Part shown: positions 42,801-52,621 of the stretch, in pieces
Numbering within the stretch: position 1 is the first letter of the stretch
Layout of the letters: each line of letters begins with the position of its first letter
NCBI GenBank assembly: GCA_965246885.1
Contig: OZ251992.1
Span: forward strand, 2,496,001-2,560,000
Direction of reading: 5' to 3'
Source: Abditibacterium sp.
Lineage (GTDB): Bacteria > Armatimonadota > Abditibacteriia > Abditibacteriales > Abditibacteriaceae
DNA: 64,000 bases
The notes under the pieces: generated by a model
Databases searched by the model: none
Told to the model about the DNA's origin: nothing
What the model saw: only the letters and a program-made list of their open reading frames with translations
Position numbers and translations under genes: made by a program

Positions 42801-45800
42801 AATGTTTCAATCCCTCAAAGCACGATTAAAGGTCCTCGGCGGCGGCTTTGGCGGCGTCGGCCTCTTGCGTTTCAATCCCTCAAAGCACGATTAAAGGTCG
42901 TCTTCATGGACGAGATCGAGAAGCAGTTCGGCGTTTCAATCCCTCAAAGCACGATTAAAGGGTCGGACGAGGGCGCCCCGTCTGGCAGCACGCAGAGTTG
43001 TTTCAATCCCTCAAAGCACGATTAAAGGGAGTTTGGCATTTCCTTTGTCTACCTTCTTTTCTATAGTTTCAATCCCTCAAAGCACGATTAAAGGGCGTCT
43101 TCTACCGGGACAAGGAAACGAAAGAGGAAAGTTTCAATCCCTCAAAGCACGATTAAAGGTTGCGATAAGTCCGACTATGAGCAATGCTCAGATAGGTTTC
43201 AATCCCTCAAAGCACGATTAAAGGGGCGGGGCGACGGCGAGAGCCGCGCACCCCCGAACGGGTTTCAATCCCTCAAAGCACGATTAAAGGTGCCGCCAAC
43301 ACCCCAACGGCCAACCCCCCGGAGCGGAGTTTCAATCCCTCAAAGCACGATTAAAGGTAGCTCCTCAGCGTGTGCGGTTGCGGCGTTGGCCGCTGTTTCA
43401 ATCCCTCAAAGCACGATTAAAGGGCCAGTTTTGCCGGAGGTTCCGGCGGTTGGGATCATTGTTTCAATCCCTCAAAGCACGATTAAAGGAACCTTAGTGC
43501 CATCCGCGCTGTATTGCACGAGCGCGGGTTTCAATCCCTCAAAGCACGATTAAAGGGGCATACACCTCGATTTCGCGCAGGCTGGCCGCTTCGTTTCAAT
43601 CCCTCAAAGCACGATTAAAGGTCGTGCAACCAACACCGGGGTTTTGGGAAGTGAATTGGTTTCAATCCCTCAAAGCACGATTAAAGGCGGGCGCGCCGGG
43701 CCTCAAATAGTCGGGCGCCGATGGGTTTCAATCCCTCAAAGCACGATTAAAGGGGCCACCATATATGGCCGCAGCGAAGGCATCGGCAAAGTTTCAATCC
43801 CTCAAAGCACGATTAAAGGACCAATAGTGATTGGCAGCACCGCGTTGAGACGTTCCAGTTTCAATCCCTCAAAGCACGATTAAAGGTTGAGCGCGCGGAG
43901 CATCGGCTCGACTTTGAGTTGGTTTCAATCCCTCAAAGCACGATTAAAGGTAACTCCCATTTATTCACGCCTTGCGCCGCGTCGTCGGTTTCAATCCCTC
44001 AAAGCACGATTAAAGGCGGCGTTTTAAACGTGAAATTGGGTGATTGATTCGATGTTTCAATCCCTCAAAGCACGATTAAAGGCTACACCTTACTTTGGAG
44101 GAGCGTTCACTCTCACTCCGTTTCAATCCCTCAAAGCACGATTAAAGGCACGATGACGCAATCCGTGTTGCTGTAGACCGCGCCACGTTTCAATCCCTCA
44201 AAGCACGATTAAAGGGTATAAAACCCAACGTCAACATGAAGCGCCGCCGTGTGTTTCAATCCCTCAAAGCACGATTAAAGGAAAGTAGCACGACTTGACA
44301 TCGTAGAGCGTGGCGTCGTTTCAATCCCTCAAAGCACGATTAAAGGTTGCCATTGCAGGCGCCGGCTGCTGCTGCCGCAATCTGTTTCAATCCCTCAAAG
44401 CACGATTAAAGGCTGCGCTGGCGATTTTTTGATGCTGCTCGACGCTGAAGGTTTCAATCCCTCAAAGCACGATTAAAGGTCGAGGCGCCAATACGATTGG
44501 CGGGCATCAACGCGCGTTTCAATCCCTCAAAGCACGATTAAAGGTGCTCATGGCGTCTCAGGTGTAACCAATCCGACTAGGTTTCAATCCCTCAAAGCAC
44601 GATTAAAGGCAGTAAGAAGTTAAGAGTCTTCTCCATGTAAAAATTTGTTTCAATCCCTCAAAGCACGATTAAAGGATGGAGATTTTCCAGCCCAGTTCTA
44701 CACGGCAGACGAGTTTCAATCCCTCAAAGCACGATTAAAGGGCTGTTGAGGGGGCCCAAGCCGTGCCTGGCGATTTCGGTTTCAATCCCTCAAAGCACGA
44801 TTAAAGGTAGATTCTGGAGCATCCGTTGTGCCGTCTCGCCTTGCGTTTCAATCCCTCAAAGCACGATTAAAGGCTGTATAAGTTGGCGAACCTGTTCCCC
44901 GACTCGAAAGGTTTCAATCCCTCAAAGCACGATTAAAGGGCCAACATTTCGCTTGTGGGCGCGGCGGTGTGCGGCGTCGTTTCAATCCCTCAAAGCACGA
45001 TTAAAGGTTCAAGGTCGCGGCGCGCGACGCGGGCGGCGTAAGCATGTTTCAATCCCTCAAAGCACGATTAAAGGTTTCCGATACGGACTCCACGCGAGAA
45101 CAGGAGAACAAGTTTCAATCCCTCAAAGCACGATTAAAGGTCGAACTCAAAATCCCGCCCCGCGCTTTCGAGCGGCTGTTTCAATCCCTCAAAGCACGAT
45201 TAAAGGCTTGCCCCGCGTGGCGTGAACCGTCACTATTTTAATGTTTCAATCCCTCAAAGCACGATTAAAGGTCCTCGGCGGCGCCCTTGTCGCGCCGCTC
45301 GGTGTCAGTTTCAATCCCTCAAAGCACGATTAAAGGGCGGCAAGCATTTTGTCCGCGTTCAGTCGCGCATGTTTCAATCCCTCAAAGCACGATTAAAGGG
45401 CGTGGTTTTGCCTCTTTTGCCAGCGCCAGCGCCCAGTGTTTCAATCCCTCAAAGCACGATTAAAGGGCCGCGTGCCGTAAGCGCGCCCGCGCTGCCGCCA
45501 AAGTTTCAATCCCTCAAAGCACGATTAAAGGTTTGGAGGGCGCGTTCGAGGCCCGCGACGACTTCGGGGTTTCAATCCCTCAAAGCACGATTAAAGGCCA
45601 ACAGATACTCCTTGTAGTGTTGGCACGCTTCTTCGTTTCAATCCCTCAAAGCACGATTAAAGGCGATTTCGCGCCCGCCAATGGTGTAGCCAGAACGCTG
45701 TTTCAATCCCTCAAAGCACGATTAAAGGTTGTCCGGCGACTCTGGCCTTCCATCGGGCACCGGGTTTCAATCCCTCAAAGCACGATTAAAGGCAATCTTG

Positions 45801-47911
45801 AGTGGAAAGATTTCAGGCTTGCTGTCGGGTTTCAATCCCTCAAAGCACGATTAAAGGCGATTTTCAGGGCTACACCGCGAGCGTTTCGGGAGTTGTTTCA
45901 ATCCCTCAAAGCACGATTAAAGGCGAAATCATGCGGATGGGGGTAGGTGTCCTCGTTTATGGTTTCAATCCCTCAAAGCACGATTAAAGGTCGGCACGCT
46001 TCATCAAAAGTCATCGGTGCTTCTCCCTGTTTCAATCCCTCAAAGCACGATTAAAGGCGCCAGAAGCCGGGGCGGGCGCGGGGCGCAGCGAGGAGTTTCA
46101 ATCCCTCAAAGCACGATTAAAGGTTGCTTAGCTCCTGCGCCACCTGTCCCCACCCGCGAGTGTTTCAATCCCTCAAAGCACGATTAAAGGGCTCGTCAAT
46201 GGTGCGACAGGCGCGAATTGTTTCCTGAGTTTCAATCCCTCAAAGCACGATTAAAGGGCGCCCTCGCTCATCACGTCTGCGTCGCCTCGGCGACGTTTCA
46301 ATCCCTCAAAGCACGATTAAAGGGGCGCCGAGCAGCAGAAACACGCGAAAGTGCGCGAACGTTTCAATCCCTCAAAGCACGATTAAAGGGCGCAATCGAA
46401 GAGTTGCAGAGCGAAATCTTCGACCTGGTTTCAATCCCTCAAAGCACGATTAAAGGCGGCTTCTCGGCGACGGGTTTCCACCATAGATGTGTTGGTTTCA
46501 ATCCCTCAAAGCACGATTAAAGGTTGCCTATTCCGCGAGCATCCCAAAACTTTCAAATCGCGGTTTCAATCCCTCAAAGCACGATTAAAGGCGCGTGGGA
46601 TTTTGAGGCGCGCACTATCACCGTTGGTTTCAATCCCTCAAAGCACGATTAAAGGACATTCAGAAGCCGCCGCTTCGACCGACGCCGGGAGATGTTTCAA
46701 TCCCTCAAAGCACGATTAAAGGACTATGCAAACACCATCACGAAACGAAAGGCACGCTCCGTTTCAATCCCTCAAAGCACGATTAAAGGCGCGATGGCGC
46801 CGGGGCAACTGAGCGCGGGCAACGCGGGTTTCAATCCCTCAAAGCACGATTAAAGGCAACGAGCCGAACAACACCATAAGCTTGGCCGATTACGGTTTCA
46901 ATCCCTCAAAGCACGATTAAAGGTGGCGACTTCGTCTTCGCCGGCGTGCCGTACGACAAGGTTTCAATCCCTCAAAGCACGATTAAAGGTTGTCGTGGAA
47001 ATCCACACTGAACCCCGGCAGTTCGAGTTTCAATCCCTCAAAGCACGATTAAAGGTTGATGAACCACAGGCCGTATTCATGTAAATCGAGGTTTCAATCC
47101 CTCAAAGCACGATTAAAGGCATCATGTGGCCCTGCGCGATCCACACCGGCGGCTCGGTTTCAATCCCTCAAAGCACGATTAAAGGAGGTATGGAAATCCG
47201 GTAAGATTCCTTTCACCGGCCAAGTTTCAATCCCTCAAAGCACGATTAAAGGAGCCACCATCTCCACCAACCTCGCAGGAGTAAGCGGGTTTCAATCCCT
47301 CAAAGCACGATTAAAGGGGGCGGCTTTTCGGTCGCGTCCAACGCGCGCAAGTGTGTTTCAATCCCTCAAAGCACGATTAAAGGGACCGAGGCGAGAACTT
47401 CTACACCTGCTTGCCTACGAGTTTCAATCCCTCAAAGCACGATTAAAGGGGCCCGTCATATTGGCGCTCTTCGGGCCGGGGAACATGTTTCAATCCCTCA
47501 AAGCACGATTAAAGGTCGCGCCGCGCTGTTTTGCTTCGCGCCGGGTGCCACTTGTTTCAATCCCTCAAAGCACGATTAAAGGGGATGGTGGCGGTCGTGA
47601 GGCGCGTAGCCGTGCCCGCGTTTCAATCCCTCAAAGCACGATTAAAGGAAGTGTGGAGCGACATCATGCTCGACGCGGCGTGGGTGTTTCAATCCCTCAA
47701 AGCACGATTAAAGGACGGGCAGGAAGTTGTTGAAGGTGCGCTTCACTGCGTGTTTCAATCCCTCAAAGCACGATTAAAGGCGACTAAGCGGCTCTTGCCG
47801 TTGCTGCCTTTGCCTGTTTCAATCCCTCAAAGCACGATTAAAGGTGGAAGCGCGCGGGTCTCACGGTTCGGGTCGAGGCGAAGTTTCAATCCCTCAAAGC
47901 ACGATTAAAGG
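33844..47911 (-). CRISPR. CRISPR array, about 214 repeats of 29 bp (plus strand GTTTCAATCCCTCAAAGCACGATTAAAGG) with spacers of about 34-39 bp
   Basis: Period about 66 bp over 14 kb; count estimated by hand. The reverse complement ends in ATTGAAAC (type I-B-type handle), so it is transcribed on the minus strand from the cas2 side. Confidence 0.99.
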
Positions 47912-48048
47912 CCACCCCGCGCGGCGCGATTTTGTCCATATTTAAGGCATAAAAGCCCTCAAATTTTCAAGGTTCAGGGGCTTGACACTCGTCGCGTCAC
48001 GATGGAGGAAAAACCTCGGCCACCCGACGACCCCGTCAGTGTAGCTTG
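47912..48048 (-). promoter_or_regulatory. CRISPR leader
   Basis: Non-coding, partly AT-rich segment between the cas2 stop and the first repeat in transcription orientation. Confidence 0.75.
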
Positions 48049-48312
48049 TTACAGGATGTTGCCGGTGCCCAGCTTTTCGATGCCCATCACGGCGCGCTCC
48101 CATTTGGTGCCGGAGGGGATTTCGTAGAACAGCACGCTGTCTTGCTCTTCTTGGATGAGGGCTGAGACCGCGACTTTGATCTGGCGCAGCGTGGCGGGCG
48201 TGACTTCGCCCTCGAAGACCGAGTTCTGCACCCAGTTCAACCACTGGCGCAGACATTTACAGACTTTACTTACACGCTTGACATCCACATCGTAGACGAC
48301 GACGACATACAT
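48049..48312 (-). CDS. cas2: CRISPR-associated endoribonuclease Cas2
   Basis: MYVVVVYDV...RVSKVCK.LRQWLNWVQNSVFEGEVT...DSVLFY; 87 aa, intact. Confidence 0.96.
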   Translation of the reverse strand: MYVVVVYDVDVKRVSKVCKCLRQWLNWVQNSVFEGEVTPATLRQIKVAVSALIQEEQDSVLFYEIPSGTKWERAVMGIEKLGTGNIL

Positions 48313-48405
48313 GAGGGCACCTCCCGTTGCATATCTGGCTTTCTCCGGGTATGGTTTAACTGCCAGAGCGGTTGGGACGTCGGAACACCCTCTCTTCCGA
48401 GGGCG

Positions 48406-48822
48406 TTACCACCAGATTTTGAACGGGTCGTAAGGCTCGATGTCGAGGAAGTGGCGCTGCAGCTTGTAGAATTCTAAACGCACCAGATGGCGGTAGATCA
48501 CGCGCTTTTTGAGGTTGCGGTGGTCAATGTCGGCCCAAGGCGCCGAGAAGATGCTCGACCACGCTTTGTAATAGGCCGCCCGCATCGCGCCTTCGAGACC
48601 CATCACGGTTTCGACATCGGGCGCGCCCGGCAACTGCGCGCGCAAGTGTTCGATGTCGCCAATCCACCCCGACACGTCCTTGCCCCGCGAGGGCGCGCCG
48701 TAGTAGCGCAGGTTCTTGAGAATATTGAAGCTGGCGCCCTCGACCAGACAGTGCGCAGCGTCACTCGCTTGGCGCCGTCGGCATACAAAAGCGCCTGAAA
48801 AGATGTAGTAAGGCCGTTTCAT
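48406..48822 (-). pseudogene. cas1: Cas1 (type I-B) with two large internal deletions, 138 aa
   Basis: Keeps the N-terminal MKRPYYIFSG, the middle NILKNLRYY...MGLEG...YY and the C-terminal YRHLVRLEFYKL...PFKIWW. Lacks most of the beta domain and the segment with the catalytic His and acidic residue; normal length is about 330 aa. Confidence 0.88.
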
Positions 48823-48867
48823 TGGGAGCTCCGGTTGAGATGACCGGCGGACAAAGGTGGGTGAACA

Positions 48868-49075
48868 ACTCACCCGATCGGACGGATGACTCACCCGACT
48901 GAACCAACGACTCACCCGGTCGGGCGAGTCGTCCGCCCGGTCAAACGAACGATTCGCCCGGTCGGGTGAACGACTCGTCCGACTGAACCAATGACTCACA
49001 CGGTCGGGTGAACCACCCACCCGGCCAAACCAATGATTCACCCGACTAAACGAATGATTTGCCCGACCCGGCGCG
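48868..49075. repeat. Degenerate 21-bp tandem repeat (ACTCACCCGRYYRRRYGAAYG-like), about 10 units, between cas4 and cas1
   Basis: In-phase units at 48868, 48889, 48910, 48931, 48952, 48973, 48994, 49015, 49036 and 49057. Confidence 0.85.
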
Positions 49076-49118
49076 CAAGAGATAAAAATCGAGTTGATCC
49101 AAAACTCACAACCCACAT

Positions 49119-49636
49119 TCAAACGTAACACAAATCGAAATAAGCGCACTTCGAGCAAAACGAGATTTTGTCCAGACGCGGCGGCACAGTCTCACTTTCG
49201 ATGATGGCACCAGCTTGTTGCAGCGCCTCGTCCAGTTCACATTGCGCGCCCGCGTCCAGTTCGATGGTTTCTCGTTGCTTCAGTTCGAGATAATCCAACA
49301 CCCCGCGCGCCTCCACTCCCTTACCCCGCAAGACGTGCAGATAAAAAAGCATCTGCAACCGATGGGCGCGCGACACCGCCTTCGATTTTTTGACTTCGTG
49401 AACCGTTAGCACCCCATCCTCCCCCACCCGCGACTCGGCCCAGTCGAGAACAATCTGTCGTCAATCTTAATCTCCTTCTTTTCCCGCCCGTAAGCGTTCT
49501 CCCCGATCTGCTTACCCATCTGCACGTCCTCATTTTCGCGCTCCATCTCGATGCCATGCGAAAACAACCACAGCTTGCGATGACAAACCAAAAAGTAGTT
49601 GAGCTAAGTCCCGGTGAAACGATTGGGGGTTTGCAT
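49119..49636 (-). pseudogene. cas4: Cas4 with a nonsense codon and a frameshift
   Basis: MQTPNRFTGT*LNYFLVCHRKLWLF (TAG at codon 11, probably from CAG); frameshift near 49455; then HEVKKS, QMLFYL and CSKCAYFDLC. Confidence 0.9.
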
Positions 49637-49641
49637 GGTGA

Positions 49642-51963
49642 TCAACAGAAATTGGAGTCGGACTCGTCGCAGGGGTCGTCTAAGTCCAGACCCAAGCAAG
49701 GCCCTTCGCCCACAGGCGCGTTGGTGTAGCGAAAGAGCGCGACGGTCATTTGCCAGTTGTCGCCCAAATCGGTGATTTTGCGCTGCCCTTGTAAACCGTC
49801 TCGTTGCGCCTTTTTGTCAGCGCCAAACCAAGAGCGCAGATTGACGTTTACCGTCAACTCTTTGGCGCGTAGGAACTGCTTGTTCGTGACCGCTTCGCGC
49901 CACTCCTTCTCGTAGCGCGACGGCACGACTTGCACGGTGTCGAACAGCGTGACTTCCAAGTCGGGGTCAATGCACGGGTCAATCATCGGCTTGAGGTTGG
50001 CAACAACTGAAGTGAACTTTCTGTGCGCCTGACTTTTCGCGTCGTTTTCGGCGGGCGTTAGGCCGTGCGGATAGATCGCTTCCATCCATGCGAGCGACTT
50101 GTCAAACGTCAACCTCTCGCCGGACTTCTCGAACTCGCGTGCCCACTTCGCAGTGGTTGCCAATATCTCGCCGTCATACACCATTTGGGAACCGGGGTCG
50201 TCGCCGCCGCAAATGACGACTTGGGCACTTGGGCTGGCATCGCCGTGCCGATTGACGCGCCCGAAGCGTTGCAAGAGCGCGTCGGCGGGCGCAAGCTCCG
50301 TCCACATCACGCCAAAGGAAACATCGAGCGAAACCTCGATTACCTGCGTCGCAATCACCAGATTCTGAGCCTCAATTCTTTGTTGATTCTCGCGCTGGGC
50401 GCGGTCGCCGAGCGTAAAACGCGAATGGACGAGATACGGCCCGTGCCTTTCCAAAAGCTGCGACATCCGAATCGCCTTGCGGACGGTGTTGCACACGATG
50501 GCCACTTTCAATCCGCTTGCAAGCGCCGCCTCGATTTGCGACACGATGGATTCGTCTTCGATGAGTCCGTCGTGAACGGCGATTTGGCGCCGCGCCTCTT
50601 GGAGCAACTTATCGCCGAGAGGTAAAGCAATCTCGGCGCTTGCGGGGATGTGCGCGGCTTCGCGCAGTTCGTTTTTCAGGCAGTCGGGCAGAGTCGCCGT
50701 CATGATGAACACGCGCGCGCCCAACTTTTGCAAGCAATCTAACAGCACCAATATCAGGCCGAGCGTGTGGCCGTCATAGGCGTGAATCTCATCGAAGACA
50801 ACAAGCGAGTCGGAGAGTTCGAGCAGTCCGACCTCGAAGAACTTGCGCCCAAAAAAGAGGTTGAGAAGCTGATAGACCGTCGTGACTTTGAGCGGCGCAT
50901 AAAGTTGGCGCGCCGCGTCTTTGTGAGTTCTGGCGAGTTTCGCGGCCTCGTCGTGCGAAAGTTCGTCGTTGAGCGATTCCTGCAAATACGCCAAATCAGA
51001 GTTGGCGTGAACGACAGCGACATTGGAGTTCTGGCCCAGCTTGATTTGGCCCTGCTCATCAGGAAACAGTTCGCCCAACCGCTTCGCCATCGCGTTGATG
51101 GACACCTGATAGGGCAAAACATAGAAAATCCGCTCGCCGCCCTTTCGATTATTCAAGGCCCACAGGAGCGCCGCCTCGGTTTTCCCCGCGCCCGTAGGCG
51201 CCATCAAGAGAGCCGACCCACTTGTATGAGCGCACTGACGTTGCATCCAACTCCACCCGCGCCAAGGTCGGACATACTGACCGGGTTCTTTCTTACGTCG
51301 TTCGAGTCGGGCGCTGATAACTTTCTTCATGCGTCGCGCGAAGATGGTGCGCCCCGAAAAGGCCACGCCCAATCCTGCAGATGCAAGATGATCGGACGCG
51401 ACAAGGGCACCGCGAATACGGGCGGTGTGCAAATCTCGAAAGACGGAACAGAGTTCGTAAGCCAAAACATCAACATCGTTGGCAGGAGATTCTACGTTCT
51501 CATCGTAAAACCATCTTGAAAGGTGGGCAGCGAAAGTCTTCTCCAATAATGCCACATCGAGTTCCCTCCACTTCTGTCCCCATACTGGACTAAGTTCGGA
51601 TTTGCACCTCTGGAACGCCGGATTAGTTTTGTTGGCACTACCGAAGTTTTTATGATGCGTGAGCAATGCAAGGTAAGGCGCCCGCCACTTGAGGTCTTCG
51701 ACATCAAAACAAACCCGAAAAATGGCGGCGCTCAGAACTTCGTGCCGAAAATTCCAAGGGGTGTCGTCGCGTAGCATCTTCTGGAAACCTGCTGCCCCCT
51801 TGCCCATATCGTGGAATTGTGCTGCCATTTCCAGTTCAATAGGCAACCAATGCCATATCCTTCGCAAACGGCGCACAGCCGCAACGACATCTTCCGTATG
51901 TTCGGTAAGAAGTTGACGGCCCGCCTTACTTTTAGCCCAGAGAGGATCGAAAGTTCCAAACAT
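49642..51963 (-). CDS. cas3: Cas3 HD nuclease-helicase
   Basis: LWAKS, HTEDV, HDMGK, HHK and SDHLAS HD motifs; APTGAGKT, DEIH, TAT and QRFGRVNR helicase motifs. Start uncertain (51963 or 51990). Confidence 0.95.
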   Translation of the reverse strand: MFGTFDPLWAKSKAGRQLLTEHTEDVVAAVRRLRRIWHWLPIELEMAAQFHDMGKGAAGFQKMLRDDTPWNFRHEVLSAAIFRVCFDVEDLKWRAPYLALLTHHKNFGSANKTNPAFQRCKSELSPVWGQKWRELDVALLEKTFAAHLSRWFYDENVESPANDVDVLAYELCSVFRDLHTARIRGALVASDHLASAGLGVAFSGRTIFARRMKKVISARLERRKKEPGQYVRPWRGWSWMQRQCAHTSGSALLMAPTGAGKTEAALLWALNNRKGGERIFYVLPYQVSINAMAKRLGELFPDEQGQIKLGQNSNVAVVHANSDLAYLQESLNDELSHDEAAKLARTHKDAARQLYAPLKVTTVYQLLNLFFGRKFFEVGLLELSDSLVVFDEIHAYDGHTLGLILVLLDCLQKLGARVFIMTATLPDCLKNELREAAHIPASAEIALPLGDKLLQEARRQIAVHDGLIEDESIVSQIEAALASGLKVAIVCNTVRKAIRMSQLLERHGPYLVHSRFTLGDRAQRENQQRIEAQNLVIATQVIEVSLDVSFGVMWTELAPADALLQRFGRVNRHGDASPSAQVVICGGDDPGSQMVYDGEILATTAKWAREFEKSGERLTFDKSLAWMEAIYPHGLTPAENDAKSQAHRKFTSVVANLKPMIDPCIDPDLEVTLFDTVQVVPSRYEKEWREAVTNKQFLRAKELTVNVNLRSWFGADKKAQRDGLQGQRKITDLGDNWQMTVALFRYTNAPVGEGPCLGLDLDDPCDESDSNFC

Positions 51964-52621
51964 AGAAGTCCTCACCTGTAGAGGAGACACGCACTAACTG
52001 ATCAGAGGTTTTCAATACACGCACGGTTTGAGGTTGCGTCGCATCAATACGTGGGGCCATGCTCAAAGGGCGTCTCTTGTCCTCGAAAGCAATGGGAGAT
52101 GTGAAAATCGTTCCGCTACCGACTCCCATCGGTAAGCACTGACGGGCTATCTGTGCGCTTGTGACTTCTTCGACTTCAACCTCTCGCCACGTCTTTTCGG
52201 TTATCAAATCCTCGCCTCGCCCCAATGAAAGAGGATTTGCGGGCGCACGAAGCCACTCGCTTTCTACCCCGGACAAAACGCATAGCGTTAGAACGGGAAG
52301 CGCGAGAAACTCACGCTCTATCGCTGGGTCGCTGTATTTCTGAATTTTGTCGCCCTTGAATGCAGAGAACCGCTCCGGCAGCTGACATCGTTGCAAATCA
52401 GCGTGAACACTAGAGAAGTCCATGCGCCAACCCAAGCTCAGAGTTTCCGGCTCTATCCACGCGCCTTTAGCTGCCATGAGTAGCCCATGAACGGTGCAAG
52501 GTGGCGGACAGCGCAAAGTGCGGAATGGAAGCGAGCTATCTTTGGCGATACGGGCGTAGTTGAAACGCGGGTCTCGAAAATGAGCCGTGACGCCCGCTAA
52601 TCGAACCAGTAGAGCCTTCAT
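51932..52621 (-). CDS. cas5: Cas5
   Basis: AHFRDP, TLRCPPPCTVHGLL, REFL and LSLGRGEDL. Confidence 0.9.
   Translation of the reverse strand: MKALLVRLAGVTAHFRDPRFNYARIAKDSSLPFRTLRCPPPCTVHGLLMAAKGAWIEPETLSLGWRMDFSSVHADLQRCQLPERFSAFKGDKIQKYSDPAIEREFLALPVLTLCVLSGVESEWLRAPANPLSLGRGEDLITEKTWREVEVEEVTSAQIARQCLPMGVGSGTIFTSPIAFEDKRRPLSMAPRIDATQPQTVRVLKTSDQLVRVSSTGEDFYVWNFRSSLG

Noticed and set aside
33976..47908. Dozens of plus-strand ORFs with recurring FQSLKARLK / VSIPQSTIKG peptides
   Set aside because: They are translations of CRISPR repeats and spacers, not genes.
48823..49158. N-terminal extension of Cas1 in the 250-aa ORF
   Set aside because: It is the translated 21-bp repeat and overlaps the cas4 end; the Cas1 N-terminus is MKRPYYIFS at 48822.
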